A stretch of DNA of 64,000 bases from Haliotis rufescens (GCF_023055435.1 NW_025963791.1:26226001-26290000), one strand, 5' to 3'; counted from the first letter of the stretch, positions 1 to 13,689 are shown. Notes: a model not told the origin generated them from the letters alone. Program-made: numbers and translations.

Positions 1-54
1 GTCATTAACAGCATCTATCTATCTCCTGAAATTAAATCTTATATTTTTTTTCAG

Positions 55-1662
55 AACGAGTGCCGTGCCATGTACTGTCGCTCGGGGTACCGTCTGAAGG
101 GTGAAACATGTCAATTAACAGCTGTCGGACTCTCCAGAGTTGAGTACACAATTGCGGTCCTCTTTCGACCAACGGAAAACAACACATCCGACCCCAGGCT
201 GAAAGACTGGAATTTCACAGAGCTTTTGGTTGTCCGTAACATACCATCAGTTGCCGAGAAGTACAATATGGCCTATTACATGTTTTCTGTTGAAAAGCCT
301 GTGTACACTAACATTGCCAATAGTTCCAGATTTGTCCATGTGCCATCCTTTGGACTGACATTGACGTTCAGGACAAACCAAACCTGTTGTCGGGATACAT
401 TTGAAGAAACTATAGTGGCGTTATTGGAGGATAATTGGTCGATGGAGTATAATGGTTCGGAGTTTCAGTTTACGCCGTCTAAGGATAATTTTTATACTTA
501 TTCAAAGAGACAGTTATACAAGATGCATCCTCCCTACACCAATCCACAGAAAGCCGAGATGTTTGACATCCTTCCGTTGGAGTATGTTGAAACGCCCGAA
601 GATTATGTTTACTATCCCTCTGTTTTGCCACATTGTTCGTATGTGAACCTCTCTGTGAATGAATTTAACTGGAACACTGATGCGTCTATCACTCTTCAGT
701 ATGTGGGTATAACAATACAGTTCGATAAATTCATTAAAATGGACGAACAAAATATAATTATATGCGTGGACACGATGAAAGAGTTGTATTCAAACTACCA
801 AGATCCAGTCAAACTGGCTGAACATATTTTATCACTAGTCTTCTCCATTCTGTCCTTAATCTGTTTGGCCTTGACCTTCATCACCTACTGCACATTCCCT
901 TCCCTTCTCACTCTGCCCACGAAGAATACGATGTGTCTGGTCGGGTTTCTATTCTTGGCTCAGTTGCTGCTTCTGTTAAAGGATGTTGCCATCCGGAATG
1001 AAACTGCTTGCAAAATAATTGGAGTTTTCATACATTACTTGTGGCTCACAGTTATATTGTGGATGAACGTCTGTTCCTATCACATGTTCCACGTCTTCGT
1101 AGTCGATTCTGCAAAACCGATCGGTACCCAAAGTCATCGTAGTCGTCTTCTGAAATACTCCCTCTATGCCAATGGATTGTCTCTGATCATTGTTCTCATT
1201 ACCATATTTTCAAATCTCGGCGTTTCGTCGGGAAGCCATATCGGCTATGGTGTAACCACGTGCTACCTGAATACGTCACTTCTTGTTGGTGTTGCTCTTG
1301 TGGCTCCTCTAGGCGTCGTACTCATCTTGAACATCATTTTCTTCAGCGTCAGTGTGTGGACGATGGCCAAGATCAACAAAATGAGCGCAAGTATTGGGGC
1401 TGAGAAGAGTCAGGTACACATTTACATTAAATTATCCACACTGACAGGGATCTTTTGGATCCTGGCAATCCTCGGTGATGTTCTCCAGCAGCAAGTCCTC
1501 ATCTTCATCTCCATCGTCCTGAACGCCAGTCAAGGGACCTTCATCTTCATCTCCTATGTTGCAAATAAAAGGGTTCTTCAACTTTGGAGAGACAAAATTA
1601 ACAAATACATACCAACTGCCGACAGTCAATCTCCTGATCAAACCAGGAGTACTCATTTTTGA
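55..1662 (+). CDS. Methuselah-like/secretin-class (7tm_2) GPCR, tandem copy 1; last coding exon only (5' exon lies upstream of the window)
   Basis: Acceptor ttttttcag ends at 54; phase-0 exon reads NECRAMYC... to the stop at 1662. Seven hydrophobic segments with class-B motifs (SILSLICLALTFITY, CKIIGVFIHYLWL, GYGVTTCYL, LTGIFWIL, LNASQGTFIF). Paralogous to 12076-13689 and 18934-20532. Confidence 0.9.
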   Translation, partial: NECRAMYCRSGYRLKGETCQLTAVGLSRVEYTIAVLFRPTENNTSDPRLKDWNFTELLVVRNIPSVAEKYNMAYYMFSVEKPVYTNIANSSRFVHVPSFGLTLTFRTNQTCCRDTFEETIVALLEDNWSMEYNGSEFQFTPSKDNFYTYSKRQLYKMHPPYTNPQKAEMFDILPLEYVETPEDYVYYPSVLPHCSYVNLSVNEFNWNTDASITLQYVGITIQFDKFIKMDEQNIIICVDTMKELYSNYQDPVKLAEHILSLVFSILSLICLALTFITYCTFPSLLTLPTKNTMCLVGFLFLAQLLLLLKDVAIRNETACKIIGVFIHYLWLTVILWMNVCSYHMFHVFVVDSAKPIGTQSHRSRLLKYSLYANGLSLIIVLITIFSNLGVSSGSHIGYGVTTCYLNTSLLVGVALVAPLGVVLILNIIFFSVSVWTMAKINKMSASIGAEKSQVHIYIKLSTLTGIFWILAILGDVLQQQVLIFISIVLNASQGTFIFISYVANKRVLQLWRDKINKYIPTADSQSPDQTRSTHF

Positions 1663-1949
1663 ACAACAAGGCGAAATGTTCTTTATTGCAACTGATTGAG
1701 AATGTATGTATATATTACATTGTAGTGATGTGGTATTTCAAACTTTCTGGAATGAAGGAAAACCTGAAGAAGCATCCGAATAGAGATTAAATTAATTCAA
1801 GAGGACATGTTGAAACATGGTGTTACAATCCAAACTTGGCTAATGACATGAACAGAACCTTCTGAAACACGGGTATAGGAATTGAGTTCATAAAATACGT
1901 GGTTCGTTATACCCGATCTCGTATCGTGACATTGACATTCGTAGTGCAT

Positions 1950-4550
1950 ATCCTTGCGTCATCAGTTTTCGCTCGGATAAGACACATGTGCTCATAAAAT
2001 ACAAACGCATATTAGAACAGTTATAATATGGTACGTACCTGTTAATATGGTCAATGTTTTTATTCAAATGTTTAATGAGAAAGTACATGAAGCGAAAGTC
2101 CGTATCGATCGCTTCCGAAGTTCCGAGTGGGGACATGACACTTTGGAATGACGTCATATGTTTTCGCTCGCCTTATTGGATTGCTATTTACGTCCACTGA
2201 GCCTCACACAAGCTTGTCATATGTACAGTGAGGGAATCCCTATCACAAAACGACATCAATCAAGTTAATTCCGGGTGAAAAAAGTGTCCAAATTTAAATA
2301 ATTGGATGCATTACACAGTCACAAAATATTTACACAATTACAATGCACATCACTCCTCTGGCTCATCGTGACAGGGACACCAAAACTATGCATTTCGTCT
2401 CACACATCTGACAGTCGTGCAATAGATCAGATGCGTCCAATGTGAACATTCGGGTGGTGCATTGTGCCCATTTAGAAAATATGAGCGATGTACATTGTCG
2501 TACTTCTTCTGGTTGCCATTTTTTGCAGTTGCAGCAAAGTGCACTCACATCATTATATGATTCTTCTGTATCTATCAAGTCTGCATCAAGGACTGCCGTG
2601 CTAATGACACCAGAAGTTCCCGGAGTCGGTAGAGTGGGCGGGATATTCCTTCGAACAGTAGAAGTCGTAAACTTTCTGGACTTGTATGTACAGGTCACTG
2701 GTGTTGATTTAATATTTTGGCTTTCTCTCAATGTGCCACTATCTTGGCCAAGATATTGTCCTCCGTTATAGCTTTTCCTTCAACAACCGAACTCAGGACC
2801 TTTCTTTTTTGTGGGCTTAGGATCTGTTGTCAGAACGTGTTCAGCGTTTCTGAAGACACTGGTACACCTGGTGGTACTGACGTCGACGTTGTCACCTTAG
2901 GAAATCGTCGTTGTGGAAGGTGTACATGTAGTAGACGTCTCAACACTTGTCCTGAAAACAGTTGATGGAAGAATTGTGCTCTGTTTATCTACATCCCTGT
3001 TTAACGGGTATATGCCTGCAGACTGCAGATTCACTGGTGAGAGGGCAGCACAGTAAGCTGTAATGCGACTTCGTTTATTGAATATCTGTCAATCCCAGAC
3101 CTTACATGTTCCCTGATGAATTTGTGTCTGAGGCCGATGTAAATTCTCTCGAAAGGCCAAGCAGCCAACGTCCATAGGTTGGACTAGATGCGGTGTATGC
3201 GCTGGCAAGATGAAGAGAATTATGTGCTTTTCGCATGCCCACTCGATAAGTGACAGATACTAGTATACATGTGATTTATGGCCATCAGAAAGAACCAGGA
3301 ATGGATAATCTGCTGTAGCCTCAACACAGTACTTGCTGAAGAGATTCTCAGGATATTTCTGAAAGATCTCCGTGTTGGACCAACCTGTTTCACTGACGGT
3401 GCCTGAAGAACCGGGAGTACATCCTGTCAAAAGTTCATCCCTCATTCGCTGGCCCTCAAACACGAAGCAGGGGGGTACCGTCATTCAAAGTGTGCTTCCG
3501 AATCCTAATACAGTCGTTGTGTTGGACCTAGGTATTGTGACAGCAACCATGGCGTCGGAAACTACACGGGGAGTAGTGTGGCTCTGCACTATCCTTTTTT
3601 GTGTCAATGTTATAAATCGACTGAGGTCTGCCTCTTAGGTTGTACCAGGATCTGCTCCAATTCGTCGAAATAGGCGTTGACAGTCCTTTCCGATGTGGCC
3701 TTTGCTCTCATGATCTCCAAAGAGCGGGGCTTCTGCTCTCAATGCTCTGGCCATCTCTTAAGAAAACTGTAAAACCACAGAAGTGAAAAAGGGTTGTCAT
3801 CTTTTGGTTTCTTGCCTAAACAGACGGCAAGATCGGTGGCTAAAGCTGTAACTTCTGCCAGAGAGTTGCCATACTCAAAAGCAGATATCATCTCTACATC
3901 TCTTGGTATAATAACGCATTGGGTCCCGATCTCACACATTCAACAGACACTGTTCCACAAAGTCGATCGCGAAGAGACGAATAGGGCACCGAAAACTGTC
4001 GTCCTGCACTTTTGAGTCATTCCCCGCCTTCCCTTGACGGCCTGGTAAGCTTTGTCCATGCTTTCTGGTAGCTATTGCCGATAATTGCCCTTCCCTGATC
4101 TGATGGAGCCCTAAAAACTAAAACTAAAACTAAAACTATCATGACATTAACGTAAAACATGAATATATCCACAGAAAGTACGCATGATATAAGAGATGGT
4201 CCCACTGCCTTTCCATACATTTTATCACGTGATGGTTATGTGATTTCCTGATAGCCGATATCAGCACCAATCAGATCTATAACTTTGACAGGACTAAAAC
4301 CTTTCTAATACAGGTTTTCGTAGTGGTGAGTTAGTGATCTCTGTTTCAAACCAATGTATTTCTCAATTGTGTTCAATAACTTACGTTTTGTAGCTTGATT
4401 CTGAGCATTTTGTCACTGGGGCGGTAGCAGGACAGTGCTCGTTGACAAACAAGCTGCCGGTGAAGTCACATCTCGTAAAATATCAGAAAAAACGCGATTC
4501 AAAAGGGCCGAGCGGAAACATATGTCGAGCGAAAACACGTGACGGTACTG
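1950..4550 (-). mobile_element. Decayed pogo/Tigger-like DDE_1 DNA transposon
   Basis: Frameshifted fragments: CENP-B-like HTH (3739-3939, ...WFYSFLKRWPE), DDE_1 core (3260-3484, PPCFVFEG...GWSN...LVLSDGHKSH, then ILFILPAHT) and a Cys-rich C-terminus (2363-2731). Imperfect inverted motifs ttttcgctcg (~1965, ~2160) and cgagcgaaaac (~4526). The left end is uncertain. Confidence 0.8.
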
Positions 4551-5829
4551 CATACACCGACAAGCACATATGTTGTTTTTTTAAATTTCAGAATTAATTT
4601 CGAAAGATTTTCACTCGCTCGAATATTTGTAATAAAACAATTTTTTTTGTCGTCGTGTGAACTATGTAGAAACTAAGGAGAAACCAAATACGTGTCAGCT
4701 GTTGGCTCATGGTCCATGGAGTGTAAATGGTTCACTGCAAAAGAGAAGTTTATCTCGGACCATGTAAGAGTAGCCAAGTGATTAGGGCGTTTTCTCGTCA
4801 TCCTTTAAACTAGGTACGACTGCACTGTGCATTGTGTTGAGCCTATTCTTCGAATTCTCGCCTGGCCACATTCATATCGCATACACAAAGCTGCCCCCAC
4901 CCCCTCCCAACACACTCACCCTCCCCGCGCTCAAATGCGACTACAGTATGTTCACAGAAATCCTACTATTTGTTTATTGTTGAAAAATCGTCAATTTTTA
5001 TTACTGTATTAGTTTCACCGTCTAAATATTTTGCCGTGAACATGGTTCCTGGGTTATGTTATGCAATTACGTGTATGCTAATTAAACTTTCGTTGTGTTC
5101 ATTGTAATTCCTGCATTCTAATTAGGTGAACTGGTCAAGTGTTACTGTTTTCATTTCCCAATGAATGTAAAGAATTAGGCCACGCCCACCGAAGCGGACT
5201 ACGTTTATCACTACGGAATGTCTGGGAATCCCAATATTACAGCCGAGGGAATTCCATTTCTGCTAACGTGTATCGTCATGCACAGGGCATTTAACGAAAC
5301 TCATGCATATTCATTGTCCAAACTATTCTTTGAGACCGAAGGCCGAGATGGAATACTACAGCAACCGTGGAGGCTCGCTCGCCTGTTTTTTTCCTACTCG
5401 ACTGGGTTTAACAAATTTCATATCTTTCGGGTTTCATTTCTAACCCGCATTTTTCGAAGTGTGTCTTCCCTTACTCAGGGAACTAATGTTTCAATCTGGC
5501 GTTGACTAACCTTGTCATTTCAAACATCCGCCTTCTCCCGGACATATTTGTTCCGGTTCGTTACAGTCTGACTGTTGCAGTTCTTCTCGTGTCTTGCCTT
5601 GATTGACAGATCCTATGAACTTTGTTTTGATCCTACTCTCCGTTGATTGACCACTGACTTTCTTGGTTAAACTATTGTAGATAACACATGTCATCGTTGT
5701 CGAATTGTATTATAATCATGCAAACTTTCGTAAGAATCCGCTACGCGGATTCATACAGTTTGCACATCCGTGTTTCGTTTCATACCTTAATGAACCTAAA
5801 AAAATCCACAGTCAATCCTTAAATATATA

Positions 5830-7320
5830 CTGAACAACAAAAGTTCTTGTGACATTGAATAAGATTTAATGCAAAGTTATGTTTTTTACCAAATCTGAAA
5901 CAATTTCGGTTTGCAACAGATAAAAGACTCCTGTAAGTGTTTAAAAGGTTTAATTTGCCATACTGATTTCATAAAAAAAAACCATGAACATGCCAAAATG
6001 TCAATTTACAAATCAGTAGCGTGTGTGTCCACCTCTGGTTGCGATGCAAGCAACACATCTTCGTCTCATGGAATGGACCAGGCGTCGCACAAAGTCCTGT
6101 GGAATATGTGTTCATATCTGCTGGAGCATGTTTCGAAGTTCCTGGAGCGTCTGTGGAACACGTGGTTGACGTCGAATGCGCCGATCCATCTCATCCCACA
6201 TGTGCTCGATTGGTGAGAGATCAGGGGAGCGAGCCGGCCAGGGGATGACATTCACGTTGTTTTGTTGAAGAGAATCCTGAACAAGTCGAGCAATATGAGA
6301 CCGGGCGTTGTCATGTTGAAAGGTAATGCCTGGGCCTTGACGACGCAAAAACGGTAGAACAACAGGGCCGATGATCTCGTGGCGGTAGCGCTGTCAATTG
6401 AGATTTCCCTCTACCACTATCAAACGGGTCCTCTGTCTTGCTGTAATCCCACCCCATATCATAACGCTGCCGCCCCCGAACCGATCTTCTTCCATGACAC
6501 AATGATTGACGTAACGTTCACCTCGACGTCGGTACACTCGAATCCTGTGACTGTGACTGAGATGAAAACGAAAATCTCGTCAGTGAATAGAACTTGTCCC
6601 CACTGCATGGCCGTCCAGCGTAGACGCTGTCTGCACCACTGCAAACGTGCTCGACGGTGGTTTCCTGTCAAAATGGCACGTCTGGCGGGTCTCCTGGCGA
6701 CAATCCCTGCACATCTGAGGCGACGACGTACGGTTTGTGAAGATATTCGTCGAAGGCAAGGGATGCTTCTTGCAGTCACTGTTGCTGGCTGGAATCGATT
6801 TCGTATGTGTGTTGTTGGAATCCAGTTGTCTTGTCGATTATTGGTAACGCGTGGCCTGCCACTCCGAGGTTGGTCTCTGACTGTATTTGTCTGTTGCCAA
6901 TGTTGCCATAAACACCAAATGATGTTTCTGTGGACGTATAATTGTCTTGCAACATCACGGTGACTCGATCCTGCTTCAAGCATACCAATAGCTCGCAGAC
7001 GCCAATTTTCGGACAGGCGTGGCATTTCGTAATGTTGAATAATTGCGTAATTTTTTTGTTTTTCTGAGTGGTTGTTATCAGCACGATGCTAAGCAATGCA
7101 TGTGGAATCCCGTTAACGCACATGTTTTATACCCATTCTTGGGTAGTGAAATGCATGGGGCTTGCATAAAAGTCAACTTGTGCATGGAATGCATCCTTTT
7201 CTGTAGCAGTTGCATTTTTGTGACTTGATTCCATACATGTACAACAATATTGAAAACCAAACTTTACTTGCTTGAAAAATACACTTAAATATTGGTGTCA
7301 CGGGAACTTTTGTTGTTGAG
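5830..7320 (-). mobile_element. Tc1/mariner element with frameshifted DD34E transposase
   Basis: Terminal inverted repeats ctgaacaacaaaagttcttgtgaca and tgtcacgggaacttttgttgttgag, flanked by TA. Transposase starts at 7025 (MPRLSENWRLRAIGMLEAG HTH); VLFTDE, FQHDNARSH and WPARSPDLSPIEHMW lie in different frames. Confidence 0.92.
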
Positions 7321-8049
7321 TACATGTATATAATTAGATAATTAGTATCGTACCTTTATTATCTGTTATTGTACAGGATGTGACTTACATTCTTGTGCTT
7401 AGAATTGAATTTACCTCTGGATATTTGTAATAGGTTATGACTTGGCTTATGAAATATGCGCCTGGACTAAAATGCAAGGAAAGCTTCATTGTGAATTTCT
7501 TGACCATAATACATTGCATATTAAGATATCAACATTTAATTGTATTATGTTCTTGTAAATAAGCGATAATTCATCACCACGAACAGGCTCAAGGACAAGA
7601 GATAATTTTGATTCCTCAGTTATAACGTATCTAAAAAGATTTGGACTTTATCATGATATTTTCTCGTATATTCCAGAAGGAAAGTGATCTTAACTTCTTA
7701 AATTTGTCACTGTGTTTTAAGACAATAAAATATATAAAATTCGACTTGAGAGCTGTCTTTCGTCACCCAAGATCATACACTCATATCAGAATCAACTCCA
7801 AATTGATTTTACGTTATTAAAAATTATAAAGAGAGTTAAATATTTGACCGTATTTTATAGCCCTTACTGATTTTTTTATTTTAACAGACATAACCACCGT
7901 TACTGCCTTTGATTTTGAAAACAGCACAATCGTTTCAATCTGTATGTATGCGTGGATGGTTTTATACTATCAGTGTTCTATTAAATACGCCACGGCCCTC
8001 CTTATCCAACTAAAAAGGGGCATAAAAGAGATATATTTATCGTTAAAGT

Positions 8050-8206
8050 ACTGAGTGGCAATGTAAATGACCTTGCGACTGACATTATCACTGAGTGTTG
8101 ATGCGTTGTTGGCGTGATGAGGCAAGATATGAATAATTCAACTGTGTAACGGTCGAATTGGCAGGCTGCCGCAGGCGGGCAGAGGCGACAAGCGCAGCAG
8201 AATAAG
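8050..8206 (+). promoter_or_regulatory. Putative promoter / non-coding first exon of GPCR copy 2
   Basis: Non-coding block conserved with 15245-15396, ending in agaataag|gtaa (donor at 8207). An acceptor (tttag, 9306) precedes the ATG at 9323. Confidence 0.45.
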
Positions 8207-9322
8207 GTAAAAATGATTACAGTTTTGTTAAATGTTTTTGTTCATTTGACACTTTCATAGAGTATAATATTGTCAAAGACATCCATCTCATTTTGTTATA
8301 AAGGCGCCTAAACTAGGTCAACTATATACGTTGAGCAACACGTGTAACAGAAACTCGTAGTCACCCATGCGAAACGAACTACGTTATAACCATATTCTAT
8401 TTGCTCGGACTAGTACAAGTAATTTCAGTTAGAGAAATGTACATTTGCTAAATAAGCAACACGTTATACTGTATGTAATACCTACAGCCTTTCATAGGTT
8501 AGGAAAACCGTTATTTATTGTTAAAGATGATTATGAAAGAGGAAATATCAGTTCATAACATACCATCATTGGAATGTTCAATTATACTATGTCAATGTTT
8601 TCAATGCATCAGAATGAAAAATGATCACATGACTTCCAATTGGATGAGTCACGCGGCTATTGTATATAAACGTTTTGCTAAACTGTTGTAACATATTGAT
8701 GGCTATGTGGAAAAGGTGCATGTTGGAAAGCAATGTTAAACATGTCCCACAATCAATTTATTTAATTATGAAGTAAAACTGAGTAGGAGGTGATTCCAGT
8801 TATGGTTCACAACCTTACTCCACTTTCCTTTTTGCTAAACCATTCGTATATCTGCTGTTGTTCTTTTGAAACCCTGGATTGCAATGACAATATCCATAAA
8901 TGGAGTGAATGTGTGTATTTCAAACAGGAGATGTGTTTGATCCTTAACATGAGCATATTTGAAATATGAAACAAATAGAATGATAAAATTCGCGACAATG
9001 TAATAACAGAACACACTTTGCCAGTTGGAATTGCTGAAAGTATGAAAGAACCTATATTATGACTATATTATGAAAATCATATCTTTTAAAGTTCCAAATG
9101 AATAGTAGTAAAACCTTAATTTCCCTCAATTAAAATATAAGACATCGAGTCATTGATAATGCTGTGTTTCGTGCAATTATACACTGATAAACAGGAAAAG
9201 TATCACGTGTCATGTTCAGATTGTCAACACACACCGTTATTACGAATCCATAAACGATGGCTATTTTGATCTTTTCCTTGGCTTAATTAGATGTTTGTTG
9301 TTTTAGATCCCAGACAACAAGG

Positions 9323-12300
9323 ATGAAGTTTCATTTCTACATCGCCTTGTGTAATTTTGTCTTTACAAACACCCAAATGACAAGCAATGACTCATCTGAC
9401 GACGTGTTTGGGTTCTACCTCAACGACCTATTGACCTCTGTGAAAGATGTGTCCTTGAACGGAGTTCTTAATACGACTACAGGCATGCCCATACTCCACT
9501 GCAACGTATTCTGCAACGGTACAACAGTCACAAATGTCGTTGACCGTGGGTGCTCGTCAGCCAACCCAATCTGCAAAACATGTCACTGTGATGCTGACTG
9601 TAAAGAATATGGCGACTGTTGTCCAGACGAAAGGTTGAATGTGACGATGGAAAGGGAAAACAGGCATGTTTGTGTCAGTGGAACAAATAAAACATATTTC
9701 TTCACTGGTCCCCATACTGGATACTACATAATAACCACATGTCCGGAAGAGTTCAATCTCGAAATGCCGTCTGCTTCTCAAATATCAGCAGACGACCTCA
9801 CTCCAGTGACATCGATCACAACAAATATCACCTACTTGAATGAAGTGATCGCCGAATGTCATGACGATAACAGTATCATCAGATGGGTAAAGGAAAATGT
9901 ATGTCATAAGAAGAGAAACTCATCTCATTCAAACGGCAATGAAAGCTCAACAGATTGCATGGCTTCTATTCATCCTCCATCTGATATATTACCTAGACCG
10001 TGTGACACTGATTTCGCTGATCAACAGTACGTAGACTCGTGCAACAAGACAGGGTTATGGGATGGTTCTTTCTCTGACAAAGCCGAGGAACAATGTAGGC
10101 TTGGATTCTATTACCCAGTGGCTGGGGGAACGTACTTGTTCAAGAATATCTTCTGTTACATGTGCAATGGACTGTTACCATCTGTTTTTAAGTGCCTAAG
10201 AACATTACAGCGGGTGCAAAGTACAGGCTATTCTATAAGCACACTTGTTTGTACAAACTGTGATCGGCGAAAGTGTAAGGAAAATGAGTGGCATGACTGG
10301 ATCAAGGTGAGTGGGTTNNNNNNNNNNNNNNNNNNNNNNNNNNNNNNNNNNNNNNNNNNNNNNNNNNNNNNNNNNNNNNNNNNNNNNNNNNNNNNNNNNN
10401 NNNNNNNNNNNNNNNNNNNNNNNNNNNNNNNNNNNNNNNNNNNNNTTAATTAGAAAGAGGCCAAAAGCTTTAAAGGTTTTTAACGGACAGAGTTTTAAAC
10501 AGAGTTTGTTATGTTCGCTCTGTGTTGATGTCCAGTTTGCTCTGAAACATCAGGGGGGCACGGGTGGGCCAGTCGTCTAAGGCGCCGAGATTCGCTGTGC
10601 AGAGTTGCGTCCCTTGGGCAAGCCAGAAACCTATGATTGTGGGTTCGAATCCCGGTTCGCCCCGATTATGTTTCTAGGTTTGTCAGCACCATACCCGTGC
10701 TCGTGGGTTTCACCGAAGTGGTCAACGTCTGAGACCTGCATCACTTCCGGCTTTCCTCCCACATTAAGCTGACACGCTGTGATATAACTGGAATACTGTT
10801 AAAAGCAGCGTTAAACCCAACTCACTCACTCACTCACTCACTCTGAAACATCATGGTATGGTAGAACTTCATAGTGGTAGTTACAGTTATGTATATATGT
10901 TTGAGTTCGTATATCCTTTCTGTTTGACAAGGAATACACCTGATCGATGATGATGATATTTATCTTTTAGAATTTAATTTATCTTGGTCAATTGTTTTTC
11001 CCCCATAAAATCCGAGGACCCCCATTCCCACCCCCAACCCAATATCAAATTGTCGGTCCTTTAATGTTGATTCTGCCTTCTCCTGGGCATCTATTTATAG
11101 TCACTAACAATTAATTTGTTATTTGTCGGGATAAAGTTCCACATACAAATGTACAGCTAAATTTAAGTTAAATCATATGAATTGTAAAAATAATTTCAAA
11201 ATTTGAAGTAAAATGGTTGACGATGATCCTTTTCCCTTCCTAACATACGCTAGTTGTGGACTTCTGGCAGGATTTACAACATTAGCACAAGTTATATGAG
11301 CGAGACGCGCTTATGTTTCAAACATCAAGGGGTAGTGGTATGCCTAATCAAGCTTTGGACAATTCCGTGAACCATGATTAATTTTTAACAAGTGTTTGTA
11401 CTGTTCTTCTCTGCTTTACAAATTAGCTTTAGTCAAAGACTTGCACATGTTCAAGTATTAAAAAGTATTAAATCAGTATTGCTGACACATTTTAACTTAA
11501 CGTATACATTTAGTGTTGATAAACATGTGAAGGTTGAAGTCTACTGCTCATTCATTCCGATTTTATAAACCTTCTAATTCTGTTGGCCCCCATCAACCTC
11601 GGTTCTTTGTTGAAATTATGCATCACGACCATTCTGCTATGTGGTTGTCCAAAGGCGACCTGTTAAATGCTATTCAACATAGTTGTTTGTGAATCGTGAC
11701 CATCGCATTGATAATGTTCTATTTACGCAAAGTACTTTGTATTGACAGCGGCATTATTTCTTTATAGAATTTCTTCACTAGTATATGCGAGTAATGGCAT
11801 TTGTCTGGTAGAATGAAAATGTTACAGAAGCCATTCCTTTGATAATCGGCAACAATTGAATTCATTTGTAATCGGGTTCGAGTCACCAGCAAAGTTTGAA
11901 TAAGAATAATGGTATTATTCACTTTAGGGACTGAAATTGTGTGGTATAGGTTAATATACGCTATTTACAAATATGTTTCAGACTTTTCCAACCTTATGTC
12001 GATAAAGATTAAATGATGAAGAAATCACTTCTTCTCTAAAGTTCTTGACGTTGTGTTTTATCTTGACTTTTTCAGAACGAGTGCCGTGCCATGTACTGTC
12101 GCTCGGGGTACCGTCTAAAGGGTGAAACATGTCAATTAACAGTTGTCGGACTCTCCAGAGTTGAGTACACGATTGCGGTCCTCTTTCGGCCAACTGAAAA
12201 TAACACATCGGATCCCAGACTTCAGGACTGGAATTTCATAGAACAATTGGTTGTCCATAACATACCATTAGTTGCAGAGGAGTACAATATGACCTATTAT

Positions 12301-13689
12301 ATGTTTTCTGTTTATAAACTTGTGTACATTGGCACTGCAAATAGTTCGAGACTTCTCAATGAGCCATCCTTTGGATTGACATTGATGTTCCGAACAAACC
12401 AAACCTGTTGTCGGGATACATTTGAAGAAACTATGATGGTGTTGTTGGGGAATATTTGGTCGATGGGGTTTAAAGGTTCGGAATTTCAGTTTACACTGTC
12501 TGAGGATAATTTTTATACTTATGGCGTATCAAAGAGGCAGTTATACAAGATGCATCCCCCGTACACCAATCCACAGAAAATTGAGACATATGACAGCCTC
12601 CCTTCGGAGTATGTTGAAACGCCTGAAGATTATGTTTATTTGCCCACGGTTTTGCCAAAATGTTCATATGTGTATCTCTCCGTGAATGAATTCAGTTGGA
12701 ACACTGATGCATCTATTTCTCTTCAGTATGTGGATATAACAATACAGTTTGATAAATTCATTGAAATAGACGAAAAAAATATAATAATATGCGTGGACAC
12801 GATGAAAGAGTTGTATTCAAACTACCAAGATCCAGTCAAACTGGCTGAACATATTTTAACTCTAGTCTTCTCCATTTTGTCTATGATCTGTTTGGCCTTG
12901 ACCTTCATCACCTACTGCACATTCCCTTCCCTTCTCACCCTGCCCACGAAGAATACGATGTGTCTGGTCGGGTTTCTATTCTTGGCTCAGTTGCTGCTTC
13001 TGTTAAAGGATGTTGCCATCCGGAATGAAACTGCTTGCAAAACAATTGGAGTTTTCATACATTACTTGTGGCTTACAGTTATATTGTGGATGAACGTCTG
13101 TTCCTATCACATGTTCCACGTCTTCGTAGTCGATTCTGCAAAACCGATCGGTACCCAAAGTCATCGTAGTCGTCTTCTGAAATACTCCCTCTATGCCAAT
13201 GGATTGTCTCTGATCATTGTTCTCATTACCATATTTTCAAATCTCGGCGTTTCTTCAGGAAGCCATATCGGCTATGGTGTAACCACGTGCTACCTGAATA
13301 CGTCACTTCTTGTCGGTGTTGCTTTCGTGGCTCCTCTAGGTGTCGTTCTCCTCTTGAACATCATTTTCTTCAGCGTCAGTGTGTGGACGATGGCCAAGAT
13401 CAATAAAATGAGCGCAAGTATTGGGGCTGAGAAGAGTCAGGTGCACATCTACATTAAATTATCCACACTGACAGGGATCTTTTGGATCCTGGCAGTCCTC
13501 GGTGATGTTCTCCAGCAGCAAGTCCTCATCTTCATCTCCATCGTCCTGAACGCCGGTCAAGGGATCTTCATCTTCATCTCCTATGTTGCGAATAAAAGAG
13601 TTCTTCAACTGTGGAGAGGCAAAATGAACAAATACATACCTACTGCCAACAGTCAATCTCCTAATCAAACGATGAACACCCAGTTGTGA
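9323..13689 (+). CDS. SMB-domain Methuselah-like/secretin-class GPCR, tandem copy 2 (exons 9323-10306, 12076-13689; ~865 aa)
   Basis: Signal-peptide-like MKFHFYIALCNFVF; somatomedin-B-like CHCDADCKEYGDCCPD; FKNIFCYMCNG motif. Donor aag|gtgagt at 10307 and acceptor ttcag at 12075 join in phase 0 (WIK|NECRAMYC), followed by the 7TM region. Confidence 0.9.
10553..10840 (+). mobile_element. tRNA-derived SINE, family A
   Basis: A-box-like tggg/tggcccagtcg, B-box gggttcgaatccc, (CACT)n tail, 13-bp target-site duplication (TSD) ctctgaaacatca. Confidence 0.88.

Noticed and set aside
1760-1826. Hammerhead-like CTGAAGA-agcat...atgtt-GAAAC in the 3'UTR of GPCR copy 1, and CCGATGA...ctcGTAA at ~21900
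   Set aside because: The catalytic core or cleavage triplet is non-canonical and the motif is not conserved in the paralogous UTR; at best a dead remnant.
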